Below are positions 51,653 to 61,757 of a DNA stretch of 64,000 nt, piece by piece; the stretch's first letter is position 1, and each line of letters begins with the position of its first letter. The position numbers and the translations under genes are program-made. The DNA lies in contig CAZFPJ010000001.1 of the NCBI GenBank assembly GCA_964521095.1, forward strand, positions 132,149-196,148, written 5' to 3'. This DNA comes from an uncultured Candidatus Saccharibacteria bacterium. Lineage in GTDB: Bacteria; Patescibacteriota; Saccharimonadia; Saccharimonadales; 2-12-FULL-41-12. The notes beneath the pieces are model-generated. The model worked only from the letters and a program-made list of their open reading frames with translations, was not told where the DNA came from and ran no database searches.

Positions 51653-52567
51653 ATGACACCAGATGAATTTACCAACAAAGAATTAATGTTGCCAGTTGGC
51701 GATGGGCATAAACTATATGTTCATGACTGGGGCAAAAAAGATGCCAAATACCCGATTGTCTTTTTGCACGGTGGGCCAGGCAACGGGTTTAGCGACGGAT
51801 ACAAACAACGATTCGTGCCAACCAGGCAACGCGTGATATTTTTTGATCAACGCGGATCGGGCAAAAGTACTCCTGGTGGATCAGTCAAACACAACACGAC
51901 TCAAGACATAGTAGAAGACATCCAAAAAATTACCAACCACCTAAAGCTCCAAAAATTTATTGTAGCTGGTGGCTCTTGGGGGTCTTGTCTGGCTTTTGCT
52001 TATGCTATCAAATACCCAGAGCAGATTCATGCCATGGTACTTGGAGGGATATTCACCGGTACGCAAGCAGAAAACGACTTTTTGTTTAAGGGTGGTTACC
52101 AGGGTTACTTCCCAGATGTGTGGGACGATTTTTTGGCGCGCACGCCAAAGGAGCACCACAACGACCCATATGACTACCACATCAAGCAGGCTTTTAGCAC
52201 TAACAAAATCAGTGCCAAAAAATCCATCTATGCCTTTGCGCAGGTTGAACACGCGCTACTGCGACTAGACGACCGTTTTAGCCCAGATAGCTTTGAAGAG
52301 TTTGATCCAAATGGCATGAAAATCGAGATGCATTACATTAAAAACAATTGTTTCCTGCCAGAAAACTACATCCAGAACAACGCCCACAAACTCAAAATGC
52401 CTATCTGGATGGTCCAGGGGCGTTACGATAGTGTTTGCCCGCCAATTACCGCCTATAATCTGCATAAAAAACTACCGAACTCAGAACTCATCTGGACTAC
52501 TGCTGGACACGCCAACGACCGCGCGAATTACGATGTTGCACGGACACTACTCTTGTCCCTAACTTAA
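51653..52567 (+). CDS. pip: proline iminopeptidase
   Basis: LHGGPG, DQRGSGKS, GGSWG, QGRYD, AGH. Confidence 0.9.
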   Translation: MTPDEFTNKELMLPVGDGHKLYVHDWGKKDAKYPIVFLHGGPGNGFSDGYKQRFVPTRQRVIFFDQRGSGKSTPGGSVKHNTTQDIVEDIQKITNHLKLQKFIVAGGSWGSCLAFAYAIKYPEQIHAMVLGGIFTGTQAENDFLFKGGYQGYFPDVWDDFLARTPKEHHNDPYDYHIKQAFSTNKISAKKSIYAFAQVEHALLRLDDRFSPDSFEEFDPNGMKIEMHYIKNNCFLPENYIQNNAHKLKMPIWMVQGRYDSVCPPITAYNLHKKLPNSELIWTTAGHANDRANYDVARTLLLSLT

Positions 52568-52621
52568 AAATCTAAAGAGCTACTGCTTGCGTGCCACCCG
52601 CAAAATTTGTTTAATAAACAC

Positions 52622-53575
52622 ATGGAAATGGCAAATCCAGAAAAATTACCTACCGAGGCACCATACCCGGCTCTATACGAAGTCAATGAGGCCCCTGAAT
52701 TTATCGAGCCAGATCCCACTATCGAAGGCGTAGACTCTCACGCAGAGCGAACCATACTGTATCTACTGGCACAACCAACTTTCCAGGTCGCACACCCTAA
52801 GGCGTCTGCAGAAATACGAGGCGCACTGGACTTAACAAAAACACAATGGGAGAAAACCTGCAGAATGCTACGAAACCAAGGAATAATTGCTCCTACTAGC
52901 GCATCTGACTCAATATATGATATCCAGCTAGACCCCGTTGCCATTGTAGACAAAGGCCTAGGAAAGCAATTTGTAAGCATACGAGTGCTTGGCGCTATCG
53001 AGCAAAAAGCTCACTTGATACCAGATGATTTGGTCGACCCGCAACAACCTAGCCTAGAAACAAGGGTCAGGAGCGCCCGTCTGCGAGCAACTAACCAAAA
53101 AGAAAGAAAAGAGTCACTACAAAAAGCCCAAGACGAACTAGCTGACAAACGACAAGAGACAGAGCATTATAAAATATTAGCTACTCAGGTTTTCAAACAG
53201 GTAGATATAAAACAGAAATCTGTAAGAATAAACAACGGCAGAGCATTGGTTTTCCAGTTTCCAGGATTTGCTACTCGTTATGACCCTAACCATTTTGCAG
53301 AACTCAACCCTCTACATAAAGCGCTCCTAAGCATAGGTAATGCCTCGACTTTTCAGCAAAATGCCGAGCAACACAAACAATACATAGACAAACTAATCAA
53401 TAAAAATGTCACCCCACCCACAACTCTATCAAGTATGGCAATACAGAGAATAATTGAGCAGGGCATGAGTCTCAACTTGATAGAGGGAGAAGATGAGAAA
53501 TACAAACTACAAGCAGACGGTATCGGCGTCTTAAAAGTTATGCGCGCCGATAAAATAAGCATGAAATTTTTCTAA
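52622..53575 (+). CDS. hypothetical protein
   Basis: About 317-aa ORF with a coiled-coil segment. Confidence 0.65.
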   Translation: MEMANPEKLPTEAPYPALYEVNEAPEFIEPDPTIEGVDSHAERTILYLLAQPTFQVAHPKASAEIRGALDLTKTQWEKTCRMLRNQGIIAPTSASDSIYDIQLDPVAIVDKGLGKQFVSIRVLGAIEQKAHLIPDDLVDPQQPSLETRVRSARLRATNQKERKESLQKAQDELADKRQETEHYKILATQVFKQVDIKQKSVRINNGRALVFQFPGFATRYDPNHFAELNPLHKALLSIGNASTFQQNAEQHKQYIDKLINKNVTPPTTLSSMAIQRIIEQGMSLNLIEGEDEKYKLQADGIGVLKVMRADKISMKFF

Positions 53576-53580
53576 AATTC

Positions 53581-53619
53581 TGTTAGAAACCTTACAAAAA
53601 TTTTGTAATAAAATTCATA
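53581..53619. promoter_or_regulatory. tandem TGTAA-N6-TTACA-like palindromes (candidate Crp-family sites)
   Basis: tgttagaaaccttaca 53581-53596; tgtaataaaattcata 53604-53619. Confidence 0.45.
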
Positions 53620-53649
53620 GATGATACTCTAGCTCATCTGTAATATAAA

Positions 53650-53805
53650 GGTGTATTGATGATTAATATTATGTGATTCGGGGCATCAATACGGTCAACT
53701 TTTAAGCAAAAAACGCCACAAGCGAAGTTCGAAGCTGGAGCACAAACAATATTTTATCCAGCTAAACGCGACGATTCGAACCGCCAGAGCGTTTTTTGCT
53801 TTTTA
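53650..53805 (+). ncRNA. candidate structured ncRNA or leader
   Basis: Nested stems 53653-61/53684-92, 53704-16/53789-801, 53727-33/53775-81, 53733-39/53757-63. Confidence 0.35.
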
Positions 53806-53868
53806 TAAACTTTGTAATAAATTTTACGAGAAACTAAGTAGCTTTACCGTATCATGTGACACAAGTTT

Positions 53869-55617
53869 ATGTTTTATGTAGAACTACCCAAAGTCAAAAA
53901 ACCCAGAGCAGGCCTTATGCCTATCCTGCCTACGGCTATCATTTTTGTAGCATTAATGTCTAGCACTCTCTGGGTGTGGGGTAATGCCCACAACAGAGTG
54001 GATCAAGATCGCAAAGATATAGTCAAAAACAATATAGATGAAGCAACTAGTAAAGTTAATGACCGCATCAAAACTTATGAAGAAATTATGAGAGGGGCTA
54101 GCGGTCTGTTTATTGCATCGGATAATGTAACCGCCGACGAATGGAAAACTTATGTAGAGACCTTTAACATCAAAGACAGATACTCTGGTGTTCAAGGGAT
54201 AGGGTACGCACCAATAGTGTCAAACGATCAAGCATCTACCTTTACTCAAGATGTTATTCTACAAAACCCATCTTTCCAGATACACCCACCTAGCAACAAG
54301 CAATACTTTGTGCCTGTCTTGTATTTTGAGCCATCATCTCCCACAACAAGATACGGCTATAACCTCAATAGCGAGCCAGCCAGAGCTAGCACTATGGATG
54401 AAGCTGTTCGCACCGGGACATTTACCCTAACTCCACTATTAGAATCGGTTATCGACCCTGCAAAAAGCCAAAAAAGCTTCATCATATACTATCCTCTATT
54501 CAAAAAAGGGCTACCCACGAACACAGTAGGCCAGCGAACAGAGGCTAGTAATGGCTTCGTATTCGCCCCATTCCGCCTAGATTCGCTACTGTCTAACATA
54601 AGTGACGGTAGCCAAGACCAGCTCGGCTTTAGGGTTTATAGCAGTAGCGACCACTCTGAGAGCAATAAACTTTATGAGACTGCAAACTTTAAGTCACTCA
54701 ACAGCAACCCTGGCAGACAGATGAATACAACCTCGTTAAAGCTATATAACCAAACATGGACATTTGACTTTGTTAACACCCCTAATATTGGTACGCCAGA
54801 AGTCAGACAGCGCCCTATGACCGTATTAATAGCAGGCGTCCTGGTTAGTTGTTTGATCTCTTTCTCTGTATACATGCTCTTGGCTTACCGAACCAAGGTT
54901 ATGGCCTATGACGAAGAAACGAAGCTACAGAGCGCAAAAGATGAGCTTCTAGCCTTGGCCTCCCACCAGCTACGAACGCCAGCTACCGGTGTCAAGCAGT
55001 ATGTTGGCATGCTCCGTGAGGGGTTGGCTGGAGATATTACTCACCACCAGAAACAGTTACTAGACAAGGCGTATGCCAGTAATGAACGGCAGTTAGCAAC
55101 AGTTTCCCAGATGCTGTCTGTTGCTCGCATCGACAGCGGGAACTTGCAATTCGATAAAGTAGACACCAACATATCAAAGATGCTCCACGACATTGTTGAT
55201 GAACAACGCAAATCCATAAAGGACAAAAATCAAGTACTCACTACCCATATTGCACGAAAAATTCATGCCAAAGTAGACAGACAGCATCTCCGGATGGCTA
55301 TAGAGAATTTGCTTAATAACGCTAGTAAATACACACCAACTGGAGGCAAGATATCTGTACGACTGATCGACGAAGGTCAGACTCTGAGTATAATCATCCG
55401 TGATCAAGGTGTAGGTATAAGTCCAGAAGATGTGCCTTTGCTGTTTAAAAAATTTGTTCGTATACCGAACAGCCTCACCAAAAAAGTTCCGGGTAGCGGG
55501 CTTGGCCTCTACCTGGCAAAAAATATTACAGAGGCGCACTCTGGAGAGATTGGCTTTAAATCTGTAAAGGGCGAGGGCACAACCTTTACCATAACCCTGC
55601 CAAAAACTGGTGAGTAA
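53869..55617 (+). CDS. CHASE-domain sensor histidine kinase
   Basis: TM-CHASE (GVQGIGY, EPAR..M..A..TG)-TM; SHQLRTP, NASKY, GLGL. Confidence 0.9.
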   Translation: MFYVELPKVKKPRAGLMPILPTAIIFVALMSSTLWVWGNAHNRVDQDRKDIVKNNIDEATSKVNDRIKTYEEIMRGASGLFIASDNVTADEWKTYVETFNIKDRYSGVQGIGYAPIVSNDQASTFTQDVILQNPSFQIHPPSNKQYFVPVLYFEPSSPTTRYGYNLNSEPARASTMDEAVRTGTFTLTPLLESVIDPAKSQKSFIIYYPLFKKGLPTNTVGQRTEASNGFVFAPFRLDSLLSNISDGSQDQLGFRVYSSSDHSESNKLYETANFKSLNSNPGRQMNTTSLKLYNQTWTFDFVNTPNIGTPEVRQRPMTVLIAGVLVSCLISFSVYMLLAYRTKVMAYDEETKLQSAKDELLALASHQLRTPATGVKQYVGMLREGLAGDITHHQKQLLDKAYASNERQLATVSQMLSVARIDSGNLQFDKVDTNISKMLHDIVDEQRKSIKDKNQVLTTHIARKIHAKVDRQHLRMAIENLLNNASKYTPTGGKISVRLIDEGQTLSIIIRDQGVGISPEDVPLLFKKFVRIPNSLTKKVPGSGLGLYLAKNITEAHSGEIGFKSVKGEGTTFTITLPKTGE

Positions 55618-55689
55618 AATATCTTACAGAATACTATATATTAACAACCTAGACTGAGATGATTGCTAAACTTAAAAAGCAAGGGGACA

Positions 55690-56055
55690 ATGGCAAAAAT
55701 TCTAATTGTCGAAGACGAACACATACTTAACGAAGCCTACCAAACGATCCTAAAAAGCAAAGATCACGAGGTAAAAGCAGCTTACGACGGATTAGAAGCC
55801 CTCAAAATTACCAAAAAATTCACCCCCGACATTATATTGTTAGACCTTCGTATGCCAAGACTCGGTGGCATCGACTTCTTAAAAAAGTTTGACCCGAGCA
55901 CAAATTATCCAAATACAAAGGTTATCATCTTTAGCAACCTAGACATGGAGTCAGAGATAGACGAAGCCTACGACCTAGGTGCGCACAAGTACATTCTCAA
56001 AGCTTGGGCCTCACCCAAAGAATTACTTCGCATTATAGACGAAGCTCTCGTCTAA
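55690..56055 (+). CDS. single-domain response regulator
   Basis: VEDE, LLDLRMP, SN, ILKA. Confidence 0.9.
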   Translation: MAKILIVEDEHILNEAYQTILKSKDHEVKAAYDGLEALKITKKFTPDIILLDLRMPRLGGIDFLKKFDPSTNYPNTKVIIFSNLDMESEIDEAYDLGAHKYILKAWASPKELLRIIDEALV

Positions 56056-56058
56056 GCT

Positions 56059-56724
56059 TTATCGTTGCAGGTCAACACTCTTAAAACTGTCTTCGCCCAT
56101 GGCTTCGAGAAGCTTGTCTATGTCTACGCTATACTGCTGGTTCGCATAGCTTATCACTTTTCTACTGCGCAACTTATTCAACTCAACCGCGACTGTCTCG
56201 CGGGTCAACCCTACTAGCCCGGCGATGTCTTGGTGAGTTAACTTGAGATCTATGTTGCTTATATTTTTGTTAACTCTACCAAAACGACGAGCCAAATAAT
56301 AAAATGTAAATAGTAGCTTATCTATTGCCCGAGCTTGCTCTAGGGCAGTCACCCTCAATAGCGCCGCTGTATACCCGGAAACATACTTGTCAAGGAACTT
56401 GGCTGTCACCGATGGGTTGTCGTCAACGAACGCCTTAAAGTCCGACCGAGGAACCATAACCACCTCACAATCAGCTATGGCTTCATAGAAATAAATGGCA
56501 CCGGCCGTCCTGCCAAAAGCCCAAGATGTAGACAGCACATCACCAGGAAGATGAAAGGTGACAATTTGTTCCTCGCCCTGATGCGAAATATTAAAAGACT
56601 TTGCCACGCCCTTTGTTAATACGAAAACCGCTCTGGGCACCTCGCCCTGATACAAAATAGTCGAGCCCGAGCTATAGCTTCGTGATCGCCCATTATCTAA
56701 TAACGGCTTCAAGGTTTTAAGCAA
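56059..56724 (-). CDS. Crp/Fnr-family transcriptional regulator
   Basis: cNMP-binding fold and HTH THQDIAGLVGLTRETV. Confidence 0.92.
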   Translation of the reverse strand: MLKTLKPLLDNGRSRSYSSGSTILYQGEVPRAVFVLTKGVAKSFNISHQGEEQIVTFHLPGDVLSTSWAFGRTAGAIYFYEAIADCEVVMVPRSDFKAFVDDNPSVTAKFLDKYVSGYTAALLRVTALEQARAIDKLLFTFYYLARRFGRVNKNISNIDLKLTHQDIAGLVGLTRETVAVELNKLRSRKVISYANQQYSVDIDKLLEAMGEDSFKSVDLQR

Positions 56725-56778
56725 AATATCACCTCTTATTTGTTACACCTACATTGTACCCGACTTAACCGAGATTCG

Positions 56779-56817
56779 TGTAATTTTTATTACATGCCGT
56801 TTGTAATAATCCTCGCA
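56779..56817. promoter_or_regulatory. perfect TGTAA-N6-TTACA palindrome plus weaker tandem copy
   Basis: tgtaatttttattaca 56779-56794; tgtaataatcctcgca 56802-56817; between crp and the divergent small ORFs. Confidence 0.55.
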
Positions 56818-56875
56818 GACAGCCACGACATTAAATAGTTAGTATGTAAGAGCTTACAACATGAAGGAGGTGATC

Positions 56876-57061
56876 ATGTACGAGCATATGTCAACAAGCG
56901 AGTTAGACGCACGCATCCATGCATTTTTGTATCGGAAGCAAGAAAGGCTCGAAGAGCTCGAGAAGCTAGATACTCAAAGCCTAAGCCTAGAGGATCCTAG
57001 CGAGCAAAGAGAGCTAGATCGACACGGATGGCTAACCCCATCCACTAGCGCTAATTTGTGA
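56876..57061 (+). CDS. small protein (61 aa)
   Basis: Strong RBS AAGGAGGTGA upstream of ATG 56876. Confidence 0.6.
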   Translation: MYEHMSTSELDARIHAFLYRKQERLEELEKLDTQSLSLEDPSEQRELDRHGWLTPSTSANL

Positions 57062-57142
57062 ACAGAAAATAAAATGCACACGAACTAGCCCGTAGTTTAA
57101 TTTGGCATAAAAAGATAATACTAAACTAAAGGAGGGATCAAG

Positions 57143-57244
57143 ATGTACTATGCGTACAATCAACGACCTTATAAACGACAAAAAATACACTTAAACTCTA
57201 ACGATGTCGACCAAGTGATTCGTGAATTTGGCGACGAAGCCTAA
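57143..57244 (+). CDS. small protein (33 aa, MYYAYNQRPYKRQKIHLNSNDVDQVIREFGDEA)
   Basis: AAGGAGG RBS at 57129-57135; followed by a terminator. Confidence 0.45.
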   Translation: MYYAYNQRPYKRQKIHLNSNDVDQVIREFGDEA

Positions 57245-57268
57245 ACAAGAACCGTCAATACCATATAC

Positions 57269-57308
57269 AAAAGAGCCGTAAAATTTAATACGGCTCTTTT
57301 GTTTTTTT
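57269..57308 (+). terminator. intrinsic terminator
   Basis: aaaagagccgta...tacggctctttt followed by a T run. Confidence 0.75.
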
Positions 57309-57367
57309 GTTGTTGAAAATGCTTTAGCTTGAGAGTACAATAAGGGTGTCGCATTAATAAAATAAAT

Positions 57368-58369
57368 ATGCACGAACAAATACCAACAAAAGAACACCCA
57401 CCGGTTAAATATTTAGATTCATTAGAGTCGAACACTCCAGGGCTAGAGCTGGGTGAATACATTGACAATAGATTTGTTGTAGCTAAAAAACCAGATATGT
57501 GGCTAAGCCAAGAAGAACTGACCTCTGGCATTCATAATGTTCCCATAGCCACTACCGCCTCTTCCGACCTCTATAAAACTATCGACCTAGCCACCGCCGA
57601 GGATGTCGTTGTCAAAATTAGCCGAAATGATGACCAAGAATCATCGGCCAGACACGAACGAGAAAGAATAATATCCGAAAGCCTAGTGCACCCTCACATC
57701 ATACCCGTAGTATCCAGTGGTATCCATGTGTTTGAAAACGGCATCGAGAGGCCTTATATCGCCACAGGGTACGCTAAAGACGGCGACATTAGGCGAGAAA
57801 AGGCATCAGATGAAGAGCATGCTCAAAAAATCATTAATCACCTCGCTCAGATAGCTGTCGCTCTCGAGTATGTTCATGGTCAAGGCATAGTTCATAGAGA
57901 TGTCAAGCCACACAACATTTTATCCGATGGCAATAATGCTTATTTGTGCGACTTTGGTATTGCTACGCCAATTTTCGATCAATCCGAGCAAGAACCTCTT
58001 ATCAAAACACCGGTCGCCGAAGAAGCCAGTCATTATCAACAAACTCGAGAGGGCAAGGTTGTTGGATCAATTTCATATATGTCGCCTCAACGAGCAGAAG
58101 GCAAGCCAGCTACTCCGGAAGATGATATTTTTGCCCTTGGTGCCACCGCTTTCCAAGAACTTGCCAACACTTTTGCTTTTGAACCCCTGAACAAGAAGTC
58201 AAAGATAGAAGCATTCCCGTATCACCATACCGGCGATCCGATAGGCAGAGAAAACTTGCCAGATTTCGTACCCAAAGAAGCCGTCGATACAATTTATGCT
58301 GCCATAGAGAAAGACCCAGACAATCGCCCAACAACCAGCGACTTCGCTTCCTTGCAATTAGCAGCCTAG
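57368..58369 (+). CDS. Hanks-type Ser/Thr protein kinase
   Basis: VVVK, HPHI, HRDVKPHN, DFG, YMSPQ, DIFALG, RP. Confidence 0.9.
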   Translation: MHEQIPTKEHPPVKYLDSLESNTPGLELGEYIDNRFVVAKKPDMWLSQEELTSGIHNVPIATTASSDLYKTIDLATAEDVVVKISRNDDQESSARHERERIISESLVHPHIIPVVSSGIHVFENGIERPYIATGYAKDGDIRREKASDEEHAQKIINHLAQIAVALEYVHGQGIVHRDVKPHNILSDGNNAYLCDFGIATPIFDQSEQEPLIKTPVAEEASHYQQTREGKVVGSISYMSPQRAEGKPATPEDDIFALGATAFQELANTFAFEPLNKKSKIEAFPYHHTGDPIGRENLPDFVPKEAVDTIYAAIEKDPDNRPTTSDFASLQLAA

Positions 58370-58423
58370 ATATACCAAGCACTGACTTCTTCTGATAGAA
58401 TATTATCTGTCAGGAGTTTTTGA

Positions 58424-61270
58424 ATGCTAAAAAATAAATCATTATTAAGTTTGTTTAAAAAAAGAGTAAAGCAATCCGATGAAACACCTAGCCAAAAGCT
58501 AAGCCTATTCTTTTTTGATAGACCCAAGATAACTGCCATCCTGTGGGTGGCTCTAATAACTTTTGGAGCACTTAGCTACACCACTTTTCTAAAGAGAGAG
58601 GGATTCCCAAGTGTTCAGACTCCATATGCCTTTGCACAAGGAACCTACTTGGTTAATGACGCCTCTAGGGTAGACAATGAAGTAGCAAAACCCCTGAGCG
58701 AATTCCTCCTCAGACAAGAGGGAGTCAAGCAAGTTCAAACACAGAGTTTCGATAACTTCTATACAGTAGTTATCTCTTATCAAGAGGGTACTAACGCCGA
58801 GACTAAAAGCAGTAGCCTTGGGCAAGATATTGCTAACAAAAAATTATTGCCAGAGAACGCCCAAACCAAGTTAGAAGCATATAAATTTGGCTTTACCCCC
58901 CGGGGAGACAATATGGTATTGGCATTTTATGGACACGACAACCAATCTACTGCCGAACTAGCCCCGAAGGCCAAAGAAGCTTCTGACTTTATAAAATCTC
59001 AAAATCTGAGCTTAGTCCAAGATATATCTGTTATTGACCCCTTTCAAACTGCGCCTAACCCCTTAACCGGACAGACAGAGACAACTCAAAAGAACTTTGA
59101 TCGTTTTGGCCAAAGACAAAACAACCAAAACAAGTTCCATAACTCCGTTAGTATCGGAATCACCGCAAAGAAGGGAGCCGATAATCTCGAACTAGACAGA
59201 CAAGTCCAGGGAGCCCTAGACAAGCTAAACCGCGAACCCAGCTTACAAGACTATCACACCCTAGTCAGTGCTAGCTTCGCACCACAAATTAACGACCAAA
59301 TTAGCGAACTACAAAAATCACTGCTAGAGGGTTTAATAGCTGTGTTGATTGTTGGGTCTATCGTTATCGCTCTACGCGCCTCACTAATAACTGTCGTCGC
59401 CATGATTACTGTCATTGCTATCACCAATGCCATCTTGTTCATAACGGGTCATTCACTGAACACCATAACCCTATTTTCCCTGATACTTGGTCTGTCGCTT
59501 ATTGTGGACGACACCATCATTATGGTCGAAGCTATCGACGCCCAAAGAAAAAAACAAAAAACCCCAAGACAGGTTGTCGCGGTCGCCACCCGCAAAATCA
59601 GTCGGGCAATGATCGCCGCCACCTCAACGGCAGCACTCAGTTTTGCTCCTCTGTTATTCGTAAGTGGTATCTTGGGCACCTTTATTCGTTCGGTGCCGAT
59701 AACTATCATCTCGGCTCTTGTAACCAGTTTGCTTGTAGCTCTAGTTTTTATACCGTTTTTTGCTCGCTTCATACTGCTTCGCAAGGGGCAGTTAGGTAAA
59801 TCAAGCAATAGAGAATTCTCGGCCAAATTTGAGGCATCGGTTGCAAGGTTTGTCTCCCGGCCAATGATCTGGGCCAAAGGTTCTAGCAAAAAACTAATCA
59901 GTGTTGGAGTAGTCGCAGTATTAATTGGCCTTGGCTTTATTGCCGGCAGTGGCTTGATAATGCAAAAAGTGACCTTTAATATATTTCCGCCCACCAAAGA
60001 CTCTAACCAGTTAATGGCAACCATAAAGTTTGCACCCGACACAACCATCGAACAAGCCGAGGCTACCACAGACAGGGCTAACAAAATATTTGGAGACATT
60101 ATTGGTGAGAATTTTATACAAACTGCTTATTATGGACAGGGAAGCGTAGAGAGCGCAGTAGCCTATATAGACATAACTAAATACACAGACAGAGACATCC
60201 GCGCGCCCCAAATTGCCGACAACATCAATAATGCCTTTACCGGATTTCAGGGGGCAAGAGTAGAGGCTAATCTAGCAGATATAGGACCGCCAGCCTCTGC
60301 ATTTTCGGCCCGGATTGACTCATCAAAAAACAGAGATAGCGCTATTAAACTTGCCAATGACATAGCTAGTAGTCTAAACAACACGAAGATTAAAAGGACC
60401 GATGGCTCAACCGTAAAATTCAAGACCGTGGTAGTCACCAATCCCAGCATTCAAACTCGCGAAAACAATAAACCCTATGTTGAAGTAACTGCAACTTTTG
60501 CAGACAAAGACACCACCACACTCGTCAACCTAACCAAGCAAGCCGTAGAAAAAGAATTCACCAAAGACAGGGTTGCCAGCTACGGATTAGACAAAAACTC
60601 CCTAAGCTTTAACTTTGGGCAAGAGGACGAGAACCAAGATAGCTTCAAAACGCTAGCTCTAGCTTTCCCGGTCTTACTTTGTGTCATATACATTATGTTA
60701 GCCTTCCAGTTTAAAAGCCTTCTGCAACCATTGCTCATATTTTTGGCGATTCCATTTAGTCTATTTGGTATAACCCTTGGACTATACTTAACAGACAATG
60801 CTTTTAGCTTTTTTGCTATGCTAGGCTTTTTTGCGCTTATTGGTTTGTCTATCAAAAATACAATATTACTGACCGATTATGCCAACCAGGCAAGAAAAGC
60901 TGGTATGGGGCCGGTAGATGCCGCACACGAGGCACTAGCCGAGAGGTTCCGTCCACTAATTGCAACCAGCCTAACTGCCGTCTTCTCGCTCATCCCGCTG
61001 GCTATTACCAGCCCATTCTGGGAAGGCTTGGCCGTCGTACTTATTGGAGGACTACTATCCAGCACCCTGCTAGTAATTCTAATATTCCCATATTACTACC
61101 TGATCAGCGAGTTCTTGCGTAATAAGATTTCACGAGGCAAGGGGCTAAGCTGGATAATCATTACCATCGTCTTAGCTATAGCCATATCTAAACTGTCAAC
61201 CAACCTAGCTCTTAGCGCACCTATTATATCGGCAGTTATCTTGCTCGTATTTAGGAAAGTCAGAAAATAG
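58424..61270 (+). CDS. RND (AcrB/AcrD/AcrF-family) permease
   Basis: REGFP, LIVDDTIIMVE, ERFRPLIATS. Confidence 0.88.
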   Translation: MLKNKSLLSLFKKRVKQSDETPSQKLSLFFFDRPKITAILWVALITFGALSYTTFLKREGFPSVQTPYAFAQGTYLVNDASRVDNEVAKPLSEFLLRQEGVKQVQTQSFDNFYTVVISYQEGTNAETKSSSLGQDIANKKLLPENAQTKLEAYKFGFTPRGDNMVLAFYGHDNQSTAELAPKAKEASDFIKSQNLSLVQDISVIDPFQTAPNPLTGQTETTQKNFDRFGQRQNNQNKFHNSVSIGITAKKGADNLELDRQVQGALDKLNREPSLQDYHTLVSASFAPQINDQISELQKSLLEGLIAVLIVGSIVIALRASLITVVAMITVIAITNAILFITGHSLNTITLFSLILGLSLIVDDTIIMVEAIDAQRKKQKTPRQVVAVATRKISRAMIAATSTAALSFAPLLFVSGILGTFIRSVPITIISALVTSLLVALVFIPFFARFILLRKGQLGKSSNREFSAKFEASVARFVSRPMIWAKGSSKKLISVGVVAVLIGLGFIAGSGLIMQKVTFNIFPPTKDSNQLMATIKFAPDTTIEQAEATTDRANKIFGDIIGENFIQTAYYGQGSVESAVAYIDITKYTDRDIRAPQIADNINNAFTGFQGARVEANLADIGPPASAFSARIDSSKNRDSAIKLANDIASSLNNTKIKRTDGSTVKFKTVVVTNPSIQTRENNKPYVEVTATFADKDTTTLVNLTKQAVEKEFTKDRVASYGLDKNSLSFNFGQEDENQDSFKTLALAFPVLLCVIYIMLAFQFKSLLQPLLIFLAIPFSLFGITLGLYLTDNAFSFFAMLGFFALIGLSIKNTILLTDYANQARKAGMGPVDAAHEALAERFRPLIATSLTAVFSLIPLAITSPFWEGLAVVLIGGLLSSTLLVILIFPYYYLISEFLRNKISRGKGLSWIIITIVLAIAISKLSTNLALSAPIISAVILLVFRKVRK

Positions 61271-61310
61271 TCTATACTGCGAGATAGCTAACTTTAAGGA
61301 GAGGCCAGAA

Positions 61311-61745
61311 ATGTCCAGCAATAACAACGATATCAACAATTTTATGCCCAAGATTGAAATTCCTGCATATTTACGAATTAGTCGGGTATTAACCTACATC
61401 ATGTACGCATGGGTTGTATTTGGAATAGCAGTGATCCTCATGAGAGTATTTTTGCTAGCTTTCTCGGCAAATTTGCAGGCTCCCTTTGCTAAGTTCGTCT
61501 ATACTACATCCAATGACTATCTCGATCCATTTCGAGGCATATTTCCACCTCGTCACATAGGCGAAACAGGGTACCTAGACATCACTGCGCTATTTGCTAT
61601 TATTGTTTATCTATTTGTAGCCTGGCTATTTTCGTCTTTGGTGGTATTTGTGCAAAGCAAAATCGACCAAAACATAGAGGCTCAACAAGAAGGCTTCCGG
61701 GCCAAGCTAGCCAATACTATCCGTGGCAACACCAAAAAGGCCTAG
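61311..61745 (+). CDS. YggT-family membrane protein
   Basis: LDPFRGIFP, LDITALFAI. Confidence 0.8.
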   Translation: MSSNNNDINNFMPKIEIPAYLRISRVLTYIMYAWVVFGIAVILMRVFLLAFSANLQAPFAKFVYTTSNDYLDPFRGIFPPRHIGETGYLDITALFAIIVYLFVAWLFSSLVVFVQSKIDQNIEAQQEGFRAKLANTIRGNTKKA

Positions 61746-61757
61746 GACAAAAACACT

